Part shown: piece by piece, positions 21,319 to 34,205 of the stretch
Layout: every line of letters starts with the position of its first letter
Position numbering within the stretch: the stretch's first letter is position 1
From: Hyphochytrium catenoides
Taxonomy: Eukaryota; Protista; Hyphochytriomycota
Length of the DNA: 52,388 bases
Direction of reading: 5' to 3'
NCBI GenBank assembly: GCA_900088475.1
Contig: FLMG01002770.1
Span: forward strand, 1 to 52,388
The notes under the pieces: model-generated
Told to the model about the DNA's origin: nothing
Seen by the model: only the letters and a program-made list of their open reading frames with translations
Database searches by the model: none
Position numbers and translations under genes: made by a program

Positions 21319-24300
21319 TTAAGAGTACATTTCTTCCTGGTTAGCCCAGCTGGATGAGTTGTGGTAGTATCTTTCTTCAGGGAGCTTCCGCCTAATAACT
21401 TTGACTTCATAGCACTCAATGATGTCCCCTTGGCGATAGTCCACATAATCGTTGAGGTGAATGCCGCATTCGTGTCCCTTCTTAACCTCAGGGACCATCT
21501 CCTTGAAGTGCCTCAAGGAGGTGGCGCCGTCGCACTCATAGATTACGTCGCCGTTGCGGATCACCCTGAATTTCGAACCCTTTTTGACGGAGCCGTGCTC
21601 TACTTTGCAGCCTGCAATTGTATGGGTCTGGCGCCTCTTGGCATTGATTTTGAAAAGCTGACCGTGCGGCAAAGTTAGTGTCAAAAAAGGGCAGGAACAT
21701 AGGAAGCATCCCGGGAGTAGGAGGTTGAGACTGAGTCATTTCATCTGAGAAGCAAAGAAAGCATTGATAGACTCTTAATAAGCAGAGCAGTAAGCGGCAG
21801 GAGCACACCGAGTGTACTCTTACCTCTTGAACCTTGGCCCTGCCAAGAATGTTGACCTCCATCGCTGTTGGGAGATTGTCGCTGAGCACCTCCCTGATGT
21901 CCTCCATCACCCGATATATCACGTCATGGCAACGGATCTGGACACCATCATTCCTAGAAGAGCCGAAGAACGCAGAACAAGATTAGGGTCACTACGCACA
22001 TGTCGCGACAGCGCAAGACTACAAAGAAACGTAATCATCTAAGAAGACCCAGGACTCAGACGCTTAACCTTTCTTATTGAAGTCGAATGAAGGTCAAGAG
22101 AGCCAGGTGGAGTTCGTTACGTGGGCACACGTACAAATGCGAAGACGAGGAGAAGGGCAGAAATGGTAGAAAAGGAATTTATCCTACCGCGCCAATCGGA
22201 GCACATCGGCAGGAGCCTCCACGTTGAGACCAAAGATGGTTGCACCGGCCAACTGGGCGAGCTCTATGTCTGAGGAGGTGATAGCACCGATTCCTACGAA
22301 TCGAATAGATTATTGGCGAGCCTTGATCTGTTCTCTTTCATTCCATCTTCTTCCCTCAGGTGACACCCTTCTTCTAACGCCGCGAATGTCCTTTGTCTAG
22401 GATACTGCGATTATACCATGACTTCTTATTCAACGGAACAACTAGAGCAAGTACTCCGCATCCCATTTCCCTTCCATGAGTCTTCAATTGTGTCACTCAT
22501 GGAGACAATGCCTTGTTCCCTGTCTGGGCTCTCACTACGTTACCCTTCGTTCTGTTCAAGTCCATAGTCTTATGCCGTCCCCAAACATACCTGTTTTGAT
22601 CACCTTGAGCTTCACTTCGTCGTCTGGTATGTACTGCAACTCTGCCTCGATTGCCGACAGAGCTCCCTTAACTTCGGCTTTCACTATGGCAGGGACAGGT
22701 TTAGGGCCAGATACTTGTGTGTCATNNNNNNNNNNNNNNNNNNNNNNNNNNTGCCAACCTCATGGCATTTCTACGCTTTTTGCTAGGTAAGGATTGGATG
22801 AGCCGCCTTCTTTCTTCAGGTGGGGCTGTTTTTGCAATCTTTAAGCGAGGCCCGCCCATAGATGCGGCAGTACGACAGGAACGAGCAATCAAGGAGGCGG
22901 TTCAAAAGGGGAGTATCCAATGTGCGAAGTGGAGGAGAGAACAAGAAGTTAGTTATTGTTATTCAACCCGTGACATATGTTTAGGGTTAGCAAGCAGCTT
23001 GTCTGAGGATCGCGGGGTCAAGAGCGTTTCGGAAGGGAAGATACCTTCAGCAATCTGATGTAGTCCCTCTCTTCTGCCTCCTCTTTCGCCTTCTTTTCTG
23101 CTTCTTCCTGTGCACGATCCTGTAGGAGATGCCGTTGTGCATCCTCCTCCTTCATTATCATGCTTCGTTCTCTATTGCGAACAATGCGTCGAGCCACTTC
23201 ATCACTCTGTAGCGTGGAGTTAGGGTACTAAGGTGCGTCCACTCATAGCAGTACATCGAAGCAGATCATTTGGCAAACTTGGCGGAATGAGTCAGCCTTG
23301 CTTACCTCCACCTGGTGCAGCGTCTCCCCAACGTTAGGAATGCCCTTTAATCCTATGATCCGAACCGGTGTGGCTGGCCCCGCTGCTTCCAGCTATCCAA
23401 TATAACAGATGCATGCAGATACAGCAACAGTGTCAGTCCCAGCCTTCCTTAAACGCTCTGGCATTCCAGCTCTTACCTGGGCCCCGTCAGCACCCGTCAA
23501 GAGTCTAATGCGACCATGATGCGTCCCACAGACAATTGCGCTATTCTCCCTGAAGGTGCCTACAAGAAACCAAATTAGATACCAAGGACCGGCGATGAGC
23601 TATGACATGGAATACTTTCGGAGATGGCGCTAAAGACCTCAGCCGCCAAAGCGCGTAGTTGCAACTTTTGAACAACTCAGCTGTTGCTGAACGCAGGAAT
23701 CGCAGTAGCTAAGGCCAAGAAGAAGCGAGAAAGAGGATTGCACGTACCCCACTTGACCAAAACGTCACAAACAATGCCTAAGCCCACGTCCTTCTCTGCT
23801 TCTAGCACCACTGCTTCACCGTGGGCTGTGAGAAGGAGGTAAGGCTGGTTAGTCCTACAGGCAGACCAAACAAGCTCTGTTGAGGCCCGGAAAAGAGTCT
23901 GGGCTAGTAGTGGTAACCTCCTTTTCGCTTAACAGCTCGGTTGTGACTCTCGCCGTCTGCAGTTCGTCCTTGTCCTATCAGGTTCAACTCTTTGCTTACC
24001 GTCTGCATCAGCCCTGAGTTCCATAATCTCTGCCTGGAGGGCAATAGCTTCTACAAGCTCCTGAACGCCAAATCCGGTCTTTGCGCTGATGCCAATAACT
24101 TGGACTGTGCCTCCCGCTGACTCTGCTTGGACTCCGTGCAGAGCCAACCCGTCTATAACGCTGTTATGGCACGATTAAAGGTAAGAAAATGAACGGGTTA
24201 CCATAAGTAGACCAGGAACGGTGGAGTCTGCACATAGGAGAAGCGCCACAGATCAGCGAGACTTTGGACATAATCGCACCTTTCAATTGCCTTCTGCCGT

Positions 24301-26709
24301 TCCCTGTCATCTACATATCTATCGAGCTTGTTAACTGCTACGACCAGTGGAACCTGGTTCTTCTGTGCGAGTTTGATGACCTCCAATGTCTGGGGCATGA
24401 TGCCATCTTCCGCTGCCACAACTAAGACTATAATGTCCGTCACCTCACAACCTCTCTCTCTCATGGAGGCGAAAGCTCTGTGCCCTGCGGCAGGAGATTT
24501 CAGACGATCCTGCAAGGTGCAACTTTTTCACTAAAAAGGAGTGCAAAGTTCCCACCCCGAGATGGCAGACTGGGAAGAGCTGTGGCAAAAGTAAAGCACA
24601 ACAAACTTCGCGGGTCGAAATGGCGTCAAGTTTCAAAACCTCTTCCTTTCCATACCTGGTGTGTCGATGAAAACTACCCTGTTAGCCGGACCTTCCGTAC
24701 CCAGTGGAACGTTGAATGCAGTGATATTCTGTTGAAGACGGTTTGAGCATGGCGCCATCGAAGCCACNNNNNNNNNNNNNNNNNNNNNNNNNNNNNNNNN
24801 NNNNNNNNNNNNCGTGCTCAGTCTGCGCTACGTGGGCCTTGCGTAGAGTGTCCAAAAGAGTGGTCTTGCCATGATCAACATGGCCCATCACCGTCACCAC
24901 AGGCGGTCTAGGAGAAAATGCACTTGTATCAACTGGGACCTTGGTTGGCTGTACATCTTGTCTCTCGACCACGCCTACGAAGTACGGCGATGCGTAAGCA
25001 TGGAACGAATGGGGTCAGCTAAGTGGTTGCCGACACACGACCGAGTAAAAATGCTCATTTGCAGAAGACGTCTACAAGTTGGCAAGAACTAGTGCTCATT
25101 TGGAGTGATTCATACTTGTAGAAAAGCCATGCTCCTGAAGGACAAGTTGTCCAATATCGGATTCTATCAGTGTATTAGCTGACGCTTTCTCTCCAAGCAA
25201 AGCCAATGAGCGAATCACTTTTCCAGCGGTTAAACCGGCCTTCAAAGCAAGCTCCTTCACAGTAAGAGAGCCGTCCAGAACAATCTCTTTCTTTTTCTGC
25301 TGCTTCTTGAGCTTTTTCTCACGCTGTCGGGCTAACAGCAAGGTAAAAGGGCAACGTCCGTGAGGCAAGATCAAATGATCAGGCCTGGGATGGCAAACTG
25401 GTATAGGGCGTAAAGAGCAACCCAAACAAGCACAACTCGCCGTCACCAATCACCAGCTGAGCTCAGAACGTGAAGAGCAATGTGAAAGAAACGCCACGTG
25501 CAAGAGGGCCCAGCACGTACCTAGATACACATCATCCTTGAAGTCACCATCGTCGTCTTGCTCCAAGGAATCTGAGACGCCTCTTCTTTTAGTCTTCTTG
25601 CCCTTCCGAGCCTTCTTTTTTTCCTTCTCACTAAGAAACCGCTCGACTATGTCTACCTCCTCCTCCTCCTCCGCACCTTCCGCTGATATCCTGTTCGCCC
25701 CTCCAATAAAATCTCTAGGCTGGTCATACACTACTTCATCTTCTCTGCTAGCGGCGGCAGTGGAGCTCCAGGCTCCAGGAGGCAGTTGACGTTGACGATG
25801 CTCTTCTTTTGCACCACTGCTGCTTGAACGTAGACTTTGGGTCTGTCGTGCCTTAGCCCAAGCCGCCCTCGCTTGCGAAGTACCATCTTTACTTTCTCTA
25901 TCCGTCTCTATATCAAAACTTCCCAGCGCCTCCACAATTTTTTGTCCTGGTTCCATTTCCCGATTAGCTCTTTGATCAGAGCCCCATTGACCACTCTGCC
26001 GAAACAGGCGACTCGGCCCTGGTTGGCATGACGATTAGGAAGTGAAAAGACGAAGATAGTGGAAGAGCAGCAATAATCCCGTACCTTCTTCGGCAGGCCC
26101 GGGCCACTGGCCTACGCTTGATCTTCCGACTCCGGATGTCCTTCCTTCCGTCGTCTGCCCGTAAAAGCCTCTACGTTCTCCCCTGCCCTGGTCTCTCCAT
26201 GCTCCACTATAGTCTCCATTTAACTTTCTCTCCCCCCAAGAGTTCTCTGTGCTTACTCTCTTTGGCCCATACAAACCTCTGCGCTCCGCTGAGGATCCTG
26301 CTGGTCCTTCTTGGGGGCTATTGCCTACATTTCCTGTCTTCCCGGCTTCCCAGCGATCAACTGGTCGCCGTTTCCGAAACGGTGCTTCTGAGTCTAGTTT
26401 TCTATCAGGTTGTCCTCTGAAAGGCGGGTTTCCGTTAGTCGTAGGACTTGTATCTCTATCACTGTTATCCCTGTACGACCTCCTGGGTCCATTAAAGTCC
26501 GAGCTTCGGCTATAACCTGCCTGTCCAGAAGCTGCTCTTAACAGAATAGCGTTCCATTGTAAACTCATGCTACCTCGGAGGGTCAGGCCCTCACGTCGCA
26601 GCAGATGCCGGTCATGCCTTCCAACAAAGCTTGATAGTGAGGGCGTCGCTAAATGAGGCTTGACTAGAGTCCCCCGATGGCCCAACTGATCTCCCAGAAA
26701 TCGCAACAT
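21319..26709 (-). CDS. infB: Organellar (probably mitochondrial) translation initiation factor IF-2, multi-exon
   Basis: [20 protein letters not shown] (G1), spliced DTPGHRAF (G3), VNKLD (G4), ISAKTG and C-terminal [20 protein letters not shown]. The long Arg/Ser/Leu-rich N-terminus is compatible with a targeting peptide. Start codon uncertain. Confidence 0.92.
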
Positions 26710-27322
26710 GATTAGCTTTGGGAAACGACAGTCGTCACACCTCCGCAGAACCAGAAGACTTAGATCGCTAGCCGGAGCCACATTCTACAGCTGGTGCAGT
26801 ATGCTTTAGCACTGCCTTGTGCGCAGCTAGCAAGCGCATGGCTGCAATCTTGCCTTGTATAGAAGTGAGAACTTCAAGACCTGAGCCCCATCGCCCCACC
26901 AGGAAGAAGCAGCGCCGGTACAACTCTGATCATCAAGCCATAAACATCGTTGATGGTCAAGCTCCAACCATCCGGCCCACTGGCGACTGACAAACACACA
27001 GGCAACACAGAGACTTGTCGACTTGTCAAGACGTCAGCAGTTTGAGGAAATCATCAAGGATCGATAACTAATACAAAGATCTAAACTGAGGGCTTGCTCC
27101 TTACTGATAACTGGGAAGTCGGTGATCTGTTATTGGGAGCCCGCTTACCACTGAGTCTCCCCAAAACTGGCAGCATATCCACATTCCCATTCCCTACTTA
27201 AACTGGGGCTAGATATGCCCCTCCCCAATTCAATGAATCGCAGGATCGCAGTAGAGTTATTGTACCTTTGTTTGGGAGGGTCTCGGCCTAGCTATACTAA
27301 GACTGGCTCTCCCCCACAACAA

Positions 27323-27325
<3 letters not shown>

Positions 27326-27353
<28 letters not shown>

Positions 27354-27491
27354 NNNNNNNNNNNNNNNNNNNNNNNNNNNNNNNNNNNNNNNNNNNNNNN
27401 TCTCTCTCTCCCTCTCTCTCCTCCCTCCCTCTCTCCCTCTCTTCTTTGTCTCTCTCTCCTCCCCCCACTATTCCCTTGTCTCTCGCTCTCT
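27326..27491. repeat. (CT)n / CT-rich tract containing an assembly gap
   Basis: CT run flanking an N-gap at 27354-27400, upstream of the myosin gene. Confidence 0.93.
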
Positions 27492-28007
27492 CTCCTCCCC
27501 CATCTCAGGGTTGGCATCATTCTGACTGGCTCCTTTCCTCAACCGTCTCTTCCGTCCCTCACACTTCCAGGGTGATTCAGTCTTATTATTACAGTAGCGC
27601 TCACCTCTCCTCACTCACTCCGTATCTTTTATTTAGGATTCTCTATACTAGACGGAGCTTCTCTCTCCTCTGTCTCGTTCTTCTGGCCATCCCAGCACTT
27701 CAACCTCAGTCGTGTGCAACCTGTCAAGGTTCTTATCAAGAGGACTCTAGTTCTATGAGTGCCTACCTCCGACCCATTGGGAGTCCTCTCACTTTCCTAC
27801 ATTTCCCTCCGCATTCGGCTCATCAGCCGCGCGAAGCTTGGCCATTGTACTGCACCCCCGTAGGCACCGCGACCTTGCAAGTACTCATCTGGGTGCTGGG
27901 CTGCGGTAAGAAGGGCAGATCTGCGCAAAAGGAAGCGAAGCAACATCCTTTCAGGAGACACCTTACACCTCAGGACACAGGCTTAGCAAGGCGGCAAGTA
28001 TCCTGCC

Positions 28008-31000
28008 ATGGCTTATCTACGTGCCATGGAGCCTAGAAATGGGCTGGCCAAGCTCCATTCCTCTCGTAGCTTGGGTGACGACACGAGTGACCTAGCATTG
28101 TTGCACACTGTTACAGAGGAGGAGGTGGTGCATCAGCTCAAGCGGAGGTTCGCTGAGGATAGGATTTACACCTTCATTGGACCGGTACGNNNNNNNNNNN
28201 NNNNNNNNNNNNNNNNNNNNNNNNNNNNNNNNNNNNNNNNNNNNNNNNNACTCTGCCGCTAGGTGCTGGTGGTCGTAAACCCCTACAAGGTCATCAAGGA
28301 TGGGAAAGAGACAATATACTCAGCACAGTACATCGATGCCTACGAGAAGAGACAGCTGCATGAAGTGGCCCCGCATGTCTTTGCCATCGCTGAGGTAAGC
28401 GGGTGCTGCCAATGAATGACATGCAGAAGGGGAGGCAGAAGCACAAGCCTCGGCTGTGGATGATGGGGAGACGGTATCGTGTAGCACCAGGCAATGAAGG
28501 AGGGGGAGGAGATTAGGTTGGTTTACTTTTTGACCCCCCCTTGCTCTTCATCTAGGCGACATACAATGATCTACTTCTATATGGAGACCGTCAATGCATT
28601 ATCATCTCTGGAGAGAGTGGCTCTGGAAAGACAGAAGCTTCTAAGCAGATTCTAGAGTACATCTCCGCCGTTAGTAATAGGATAGGAATGAAGAAGGAGA
28701 GAGGGGAGGAAGAGAGAGGCAGATCAAAAGAACAGGCGGCTCGAGTGACAAATGTGCTTCTAGCTTCCAATGAGCTCCTTGAGGCGTTTGGCAATGCGCA
28801 GACCATCCGGAACAACAATAGCAGTCGTTTTGGCAAGTACGCATTGCTACAGATCGACTATGAAGGACGAGGTAAGTACTCCGGTACAAGAAGAGAAGGT
28901 GCTTTGTGTCTTAGTCTGCCTTGGGAGAAATCTTCCCTTTCACTATTGATTTTCTCCTACCTTTCGAAAGGTGTCTCGCGATAGCTGAAGCTCGACTGTT
29001 TTTATTAATGTACTCAACCTGGCATCGTTCACAGTGGTGGGAGCGTATCTCAAGAATTATCTGCTAGAGAAAAGCAGAGTCGTCCACCAGGCAGCGGGAG
29101 AGAAAAACTTCCACATATTCTACGAGGTAGTACATAGCTCTTCTCCATCTTGGTAGCTCGACTTCTAAGAATGTCTCACTTTGTGACTCACAAGCCTGCG
29201 TTTTGCTTCATATAGCTTCTAGCAGGCGCCTCAGAAGAACAGAAGACGGACATGCACTTGCGAAATCCTGAGTTTTTCAACTATCTCGCCAGCACTCTTT
29301 CTGCTGGCACTGACAGAGAATACGATAAGGAGTTTCTCGCAATTGAACGCTGCATGCAGACAATGGGCATTTCGGATGAAGAGAAACATGACATTCTTCA
29401 TGGTCTCGCTGCCATTCTCTGGCTCGGGAACATTCTAATGACAGACGACGATGCAGGCAGGAGCAGCATCAAGGTCAGAACGACTAGAGATAGAAGAGAG
29501 CACATATAACCCCTTCTAGGCAGGAAAGAGTTCTTGAAAATGGGAAGCCAAGGGGTTACCCGCAACAGGACTAGGCTGGGGTGGACAGAGATGCGTGTTG
29601 AAGGGGAAGGCTTCATGACACATCATGGGTTGGATGAAATAGTACTCAGCTAGTTAGAATCTGCACAAGAGCAACACAAGGGCGGAGTAGCATCCACTGA
29701 CGTTCCACCCATAATGTCTTTATTTGCAGAATGGAGAGCTGCCGGAGGATGAGTTGTTGTCAGCCCTTGAGATTGCAGCATTGATGCTAGGTGTCGACGC
29801 TTCCAGTCTTTCGGACGCATTGACCCGGAGGACAATCACTGTCGGCCTTTCAGGGAAGCAGAATCATCACCATGTANNNNNNNNNNNNNNNNNNNNNNNN
29901 NNNNNNNNNNNNNNNNNNNNNNNNNNNNNGATCGTGTTTGAAAGCTTACGCTGTGTGTCCAATCGCTTAGGCCGTATACGCGAGGGACAGCCTGGCTAAG
30001 TCGTTGTACGAGCGGATCTTCCTCTTCATGGTCCATAGGATCAATAGTGGGCTGATGAACCATGCCCACAAAGAGAGGACCATTGGCATATTGGATATTT
30101 ATGGCTTTGAGATATTTGAGCAGAACTCTTTTGAGCAACTCTGCATAAATTATGTGAACGAGAAGCTGCAGCAACTCTTTATAGAGAGGACACTTAAAGC
30201 CGAGCAGGAAATGTACCGGAAAGAGGAGATCAACTGGGTGCCAATAGATTATTATAACAACAAGGTGTGAGCAGCTCCTCGTTGTGGGCAGCATCCTCAT
30301 CCTATCGTCTTTCCTTTCTACTCTACAGTCGACCCCTTAATCTGCTCTACCCCCTCCATTAGGATTTACCTTCACCCGCACACCGGGTCTCTCAAACCAG
30401 ACTCTGTCTTTGTCAAGCATTCATCCTATCTGGGTTTTGTTCACTCGGCTCCCCTTTTGAAAGGCTAATCCGAGCTTGTGGTTTTGCCAGATTGTCCTGG
30501 ACCTTATTGAAAGCGCTCAGAACCCAGTGGGCATGTTCGCGCTAATGAATGAGCAATGCGCCATCAATGATAACAATGATGAAAACCTACTCCGGCGATT
30601 CCATGAGAACTTTGAGAAACACGAATGCTATATGCGGCCCCGGATAAAGGACTTAACATTTACCATCAAGCACTACGCGGGCATTGTAAGCCTTATCTTT
30701 TCTTCCCCACTACCGCTAATTAGGCTTTTGGTGTGCTCCTGGTCACTCTGTCATTGGACTCTGACTGCTCACTTCCTGAGAATTTGTGGCAGATCCGACA
30801 GCTGACAAATGATATTTTTTGTGCCTCAGGTGGAATATACCATTAGCTCTTTTACTGAGAAGAATAGCGACACCCTCTTCAACGGCATCCAGAGCTGTAT
30901 GCAGGAATCAAGTAACTCCTTTCTTAAGGAGCTCTTCATTGACCACCGCACACCACAACAGAGGGCCAAGAGACCTCCAACGGCGGTGCAGCAGTTCCAG

Positions 31001-33521
31001 AAGGAAGTTGACGCCCTCATCAAGGACTTGAATGACTGCTCACCCCACTATGTTCGCTGTGTGAAGCCAAACGATGTCAAAGCTGCTAATGAGTTCGATG
31101 AGATCCGAGTGCAGCATCAAGTGCGTTACTTAGGGCTTGTGGAAAGCATTAGAGTTCGCCGTTGTGGCTTCTGTTACCGTTCGGAATTTGGGTAAGTAGC
31201 TACAAGTCATATGCTGGCGAACAGGGTTTCCATTACCAGGGCATTTTTCCCACCTTCTCTTGGCCTTACCTGGCCCCCATGTTATACGCCTGGGCTTCAA
31301 AACCATCTTCTGTTGGAGTTCAGCTTCCTCATTATCTTCTCTTTCCCCTTCACTGGTGGTTACTTCCATTATTTCGTGCAGTCGATTCTTAGAAAGGTTC
31401 AAGATGGTCTCCACAAGGACCTGGCCAAAGCCATCCCAACCGTATGGCAAGGCAATTGAAGATCTCCTCACTGATGCTGAAGTTATGGTGACCAAAGAGG
31501 ACGGAGAGCGCACTCCGTTTGTCAGGGGAGTTGAGGGAGACGGAGCTTTCGAGATAGGTCGGACTCAGGTAAAGAGATTGTTATCNNNNNNNNNNNNNNN
31601 NNNNNNNNNNNNNNNNNNNNNNNNNNNNNNNNNNNNNNNTTGTTTGGAATTCATTGTTGGCTGTGTTCCTTCAGGTGTTTCTTCGGCAGCCGGTTGCTTT
31701 ATTCTCCTTAGAGAGACTGAGAACAAGAAAGCTCTGGGACCTCGCTAAGATTATCCAGGACGCTTATAGGTGCGCCAGAGTAGCCACCCATGTAGACACA
31801 TTGAAGCAAAATTCTCCATTTATGAGTCGATCCCTCTGCTCCTAGAGGGTCTCGCTCTTCGAGTGACAGCAGTTGTCCTCACCTCCTTATTCTCTGGACT
31901 TGCCGCGACTGACTCGATGGCTTGTTTTCACAGGCGCCATAGGCGGCGGTGTGTCTTTTATAGGTTTATCTCCGTTTATCGTGCGGTCCATGGAGACTAT
32001 ACCAACGTTCTACTCGCACTAAAGGATGTACAACGACGGAAAGAGGAGCGTTTTGTTACCTTAGCAGCTCGTAAGAAAGCCTGGGTCACAGCACAAGAGA
32101 GCTACCTTAAGCCAGGTACTTTCCACGATGTGGAACTGCCTTACTCGTGGCTCCCTAACTTCTCTCTTGTCGGCTGCTCTATGTCGTTTTAGATAACTGG
32201 ATGTCCCGCAGCATCGCATCTGAGACAGATCACACATACGCCTTCATTCTGCAAAGCAGAGTGCGATGTCGGCTGCTCACCAAACGGCTTCAAAGACTCT
32301 ATTGGGCGGTCTCTGTTTTCTCTAAGCATTGGAAGAGAATTCGCACCCGAAGAAAGATGAGTCCTGAGGAGAGACAGAAAGTTGATGCGGTAAGTGTCAG
32401 ACCTTCTTGGGTCGTGCACTATCTGGTCAAGTTTCCTGCTGTCTGCGCATAGTTCTCCTGTGTCTGCCCCTACGTCACCTGTGTCTGGCGCATCTCCAAG
32501 ACGTGACCTCGCCTCTTACCCTAATTCCCGGCTAATGTCCCTCGAAAGGCCATACTTGGAATTAGATGTGCATTCGAGAAGTTCATGGGCCAAAAGCTTC
32601 GGCGAAGGAACACAATTGACCGGGTTTATGAGGGCGACTATATCAACTGCGGTAACAGGGAGGGTTTCCTTAGAGTTATGGCTAGGCACAACGTTGAGAA
32701 GATTCATTTTGCCACGATGATGATGAAGATTAACAAGAGGTAAGGATATCTCATTGATCCCGGATCTCCTCCTTCTTGTTCGACGGTTACTCTTTATCTA
32801 ATCGGTGCCGTGCCACTTAGCTTGACTGCTCGGTACTACTTCTCCTGGGCTTTGCCCTTTACTACCCTCGACTTGATATCTTAGCCCTACATCCCTGTCG
32901 TCCCTTCACGGCTTTTTGCTTTACTCCTTTGGCTGTTTCCCTATTTGCTTCTCCAAATTGGTGCTCATCGAGGAGACGGGATTCTAACGGACCGGTGTCG
33001 GCACAGGTTCGTGACCCAGGAAAGGTACTTAGTGCTGGCAGACGAGTTCATCTTCAACTTCAAGGCTCGGAACATAGACAAGCCTAAGGAGCGAAGGCGC
33101 ATTCCACTCTCCTCTCTCTCTGGAATCTACCTTAGTCCCTACAACGATGACTATGTAGGCATCTGTGTTGATGGTCTTAAGGAGTTTGATTACTTTGTCT
33201 TCTTCGAGCAGAAGACTGAGGTAAGCCAGCTCCCACGCACAGACCATCGCTGTTCTTCTTGGCTGACTTTGTGCGTCCGTTTATGCTTGGCTGCTTTGCC
33301 ACGGACTGCAGTTTATCAAGATTCTCCGTCAGAAATACAAGCTCTATTGCCCAGACCGAGAGCTACCTATCCATTTCCAGCCAGAGTTTACCGTGCAACT
33401 GGCGAGAAGGCAGCCGCTGACGACCGTCGTGTTTGTCCGATCTGATAATAAGGAGCCACCTTCCCATGCTTTAGACCCGAACAACAAGAGGCGTATCGTC
33501 ATCACGGTTGGCAGAGAATAG
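28008..33521 (+). CDS. Class I-type myosin (motor domain, IQ-like neck, TH1 tail), multi-exon
   Basis: P-loop [67 protein letters not shown] and [10 protein letters not shown]. The tail ([17 protein letters not shown]...[15 protein letters not shown]...[11 protein letters not shown]...EQKTE) resembles Myosin_TH1. Stop TAG at 33519-33521. Confidence 0.92.
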
Positions 33522-34205
33522 ATGGCATAGAAGTAATAGAATTCTTATACCTTCGAGGTAGTCGCTGTCGGTCATTTGGTCCTAGCACTCGCCGTCCACA
33601 GTTTCCCACTCTCACTCCGTCTAGGTTCCCTACATTCCTTCGTCCCCTACTACCTTGAGATTACTGCTGACGATTCTCTACTAAGCGTTGCCATGGATCA
33701 CTCTCCTCATAGCCTGCCTTGAGAAGGAGTGAGTCCATGCAGAAATGCTCTTTGAGCTCCAAGAGCGCCGCTAAACTTCTGTCATGAGGATTCGCCCTTG
33801 TCATGATGGACCTTCCAGCGTCATCAGAACCTCCACAGCTTGAGCTTGTTAGATCTGTTTATTCAAACTCTTTTCCACCTTTATGTAAAAAAGAAATTCT
33901 CTAAAAAAAAGCTCAAAAAAACTTAATTCGTTTGGGAGTCAAATGTTACTATTGCACCTGGGCAAGAAAAAACCCAATATTTTCCACAATAAAACCTTTA
34001 CTTTGTAGTCATTCCCAGCAAATCTTCAAGCAGCTTCCGCTACACTTGTCTGATCTTCGTCTTCAGATGATGGTAAGAGAGCTGCAGAGCGCGTGTCTTG
34101 GAGACAGAGCTCCTTGCAAGCGAATGTCAAGGCCAAAGAGGCTTTAGATTATTCTGAAGTGCTCCTCCGCACTCGGTCATAGCTCCATGCGGTGGTCCTA
34201 AGAAG

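Noticed and set aside
27215-28036. 273-aa ORF upstream of the myosin
   Set aside because: Runs through a (CT)n tract and an N-gap; low complexity; likely 5' UTR or intron.
22726-31639. Short N-runs (22726, 24768, 27354, 28190, 29877, 31586) as a biological pattern
   Set aside because: These are assembly gaps, mostly in introns or low-complexity tracts; they carry no sequence information.
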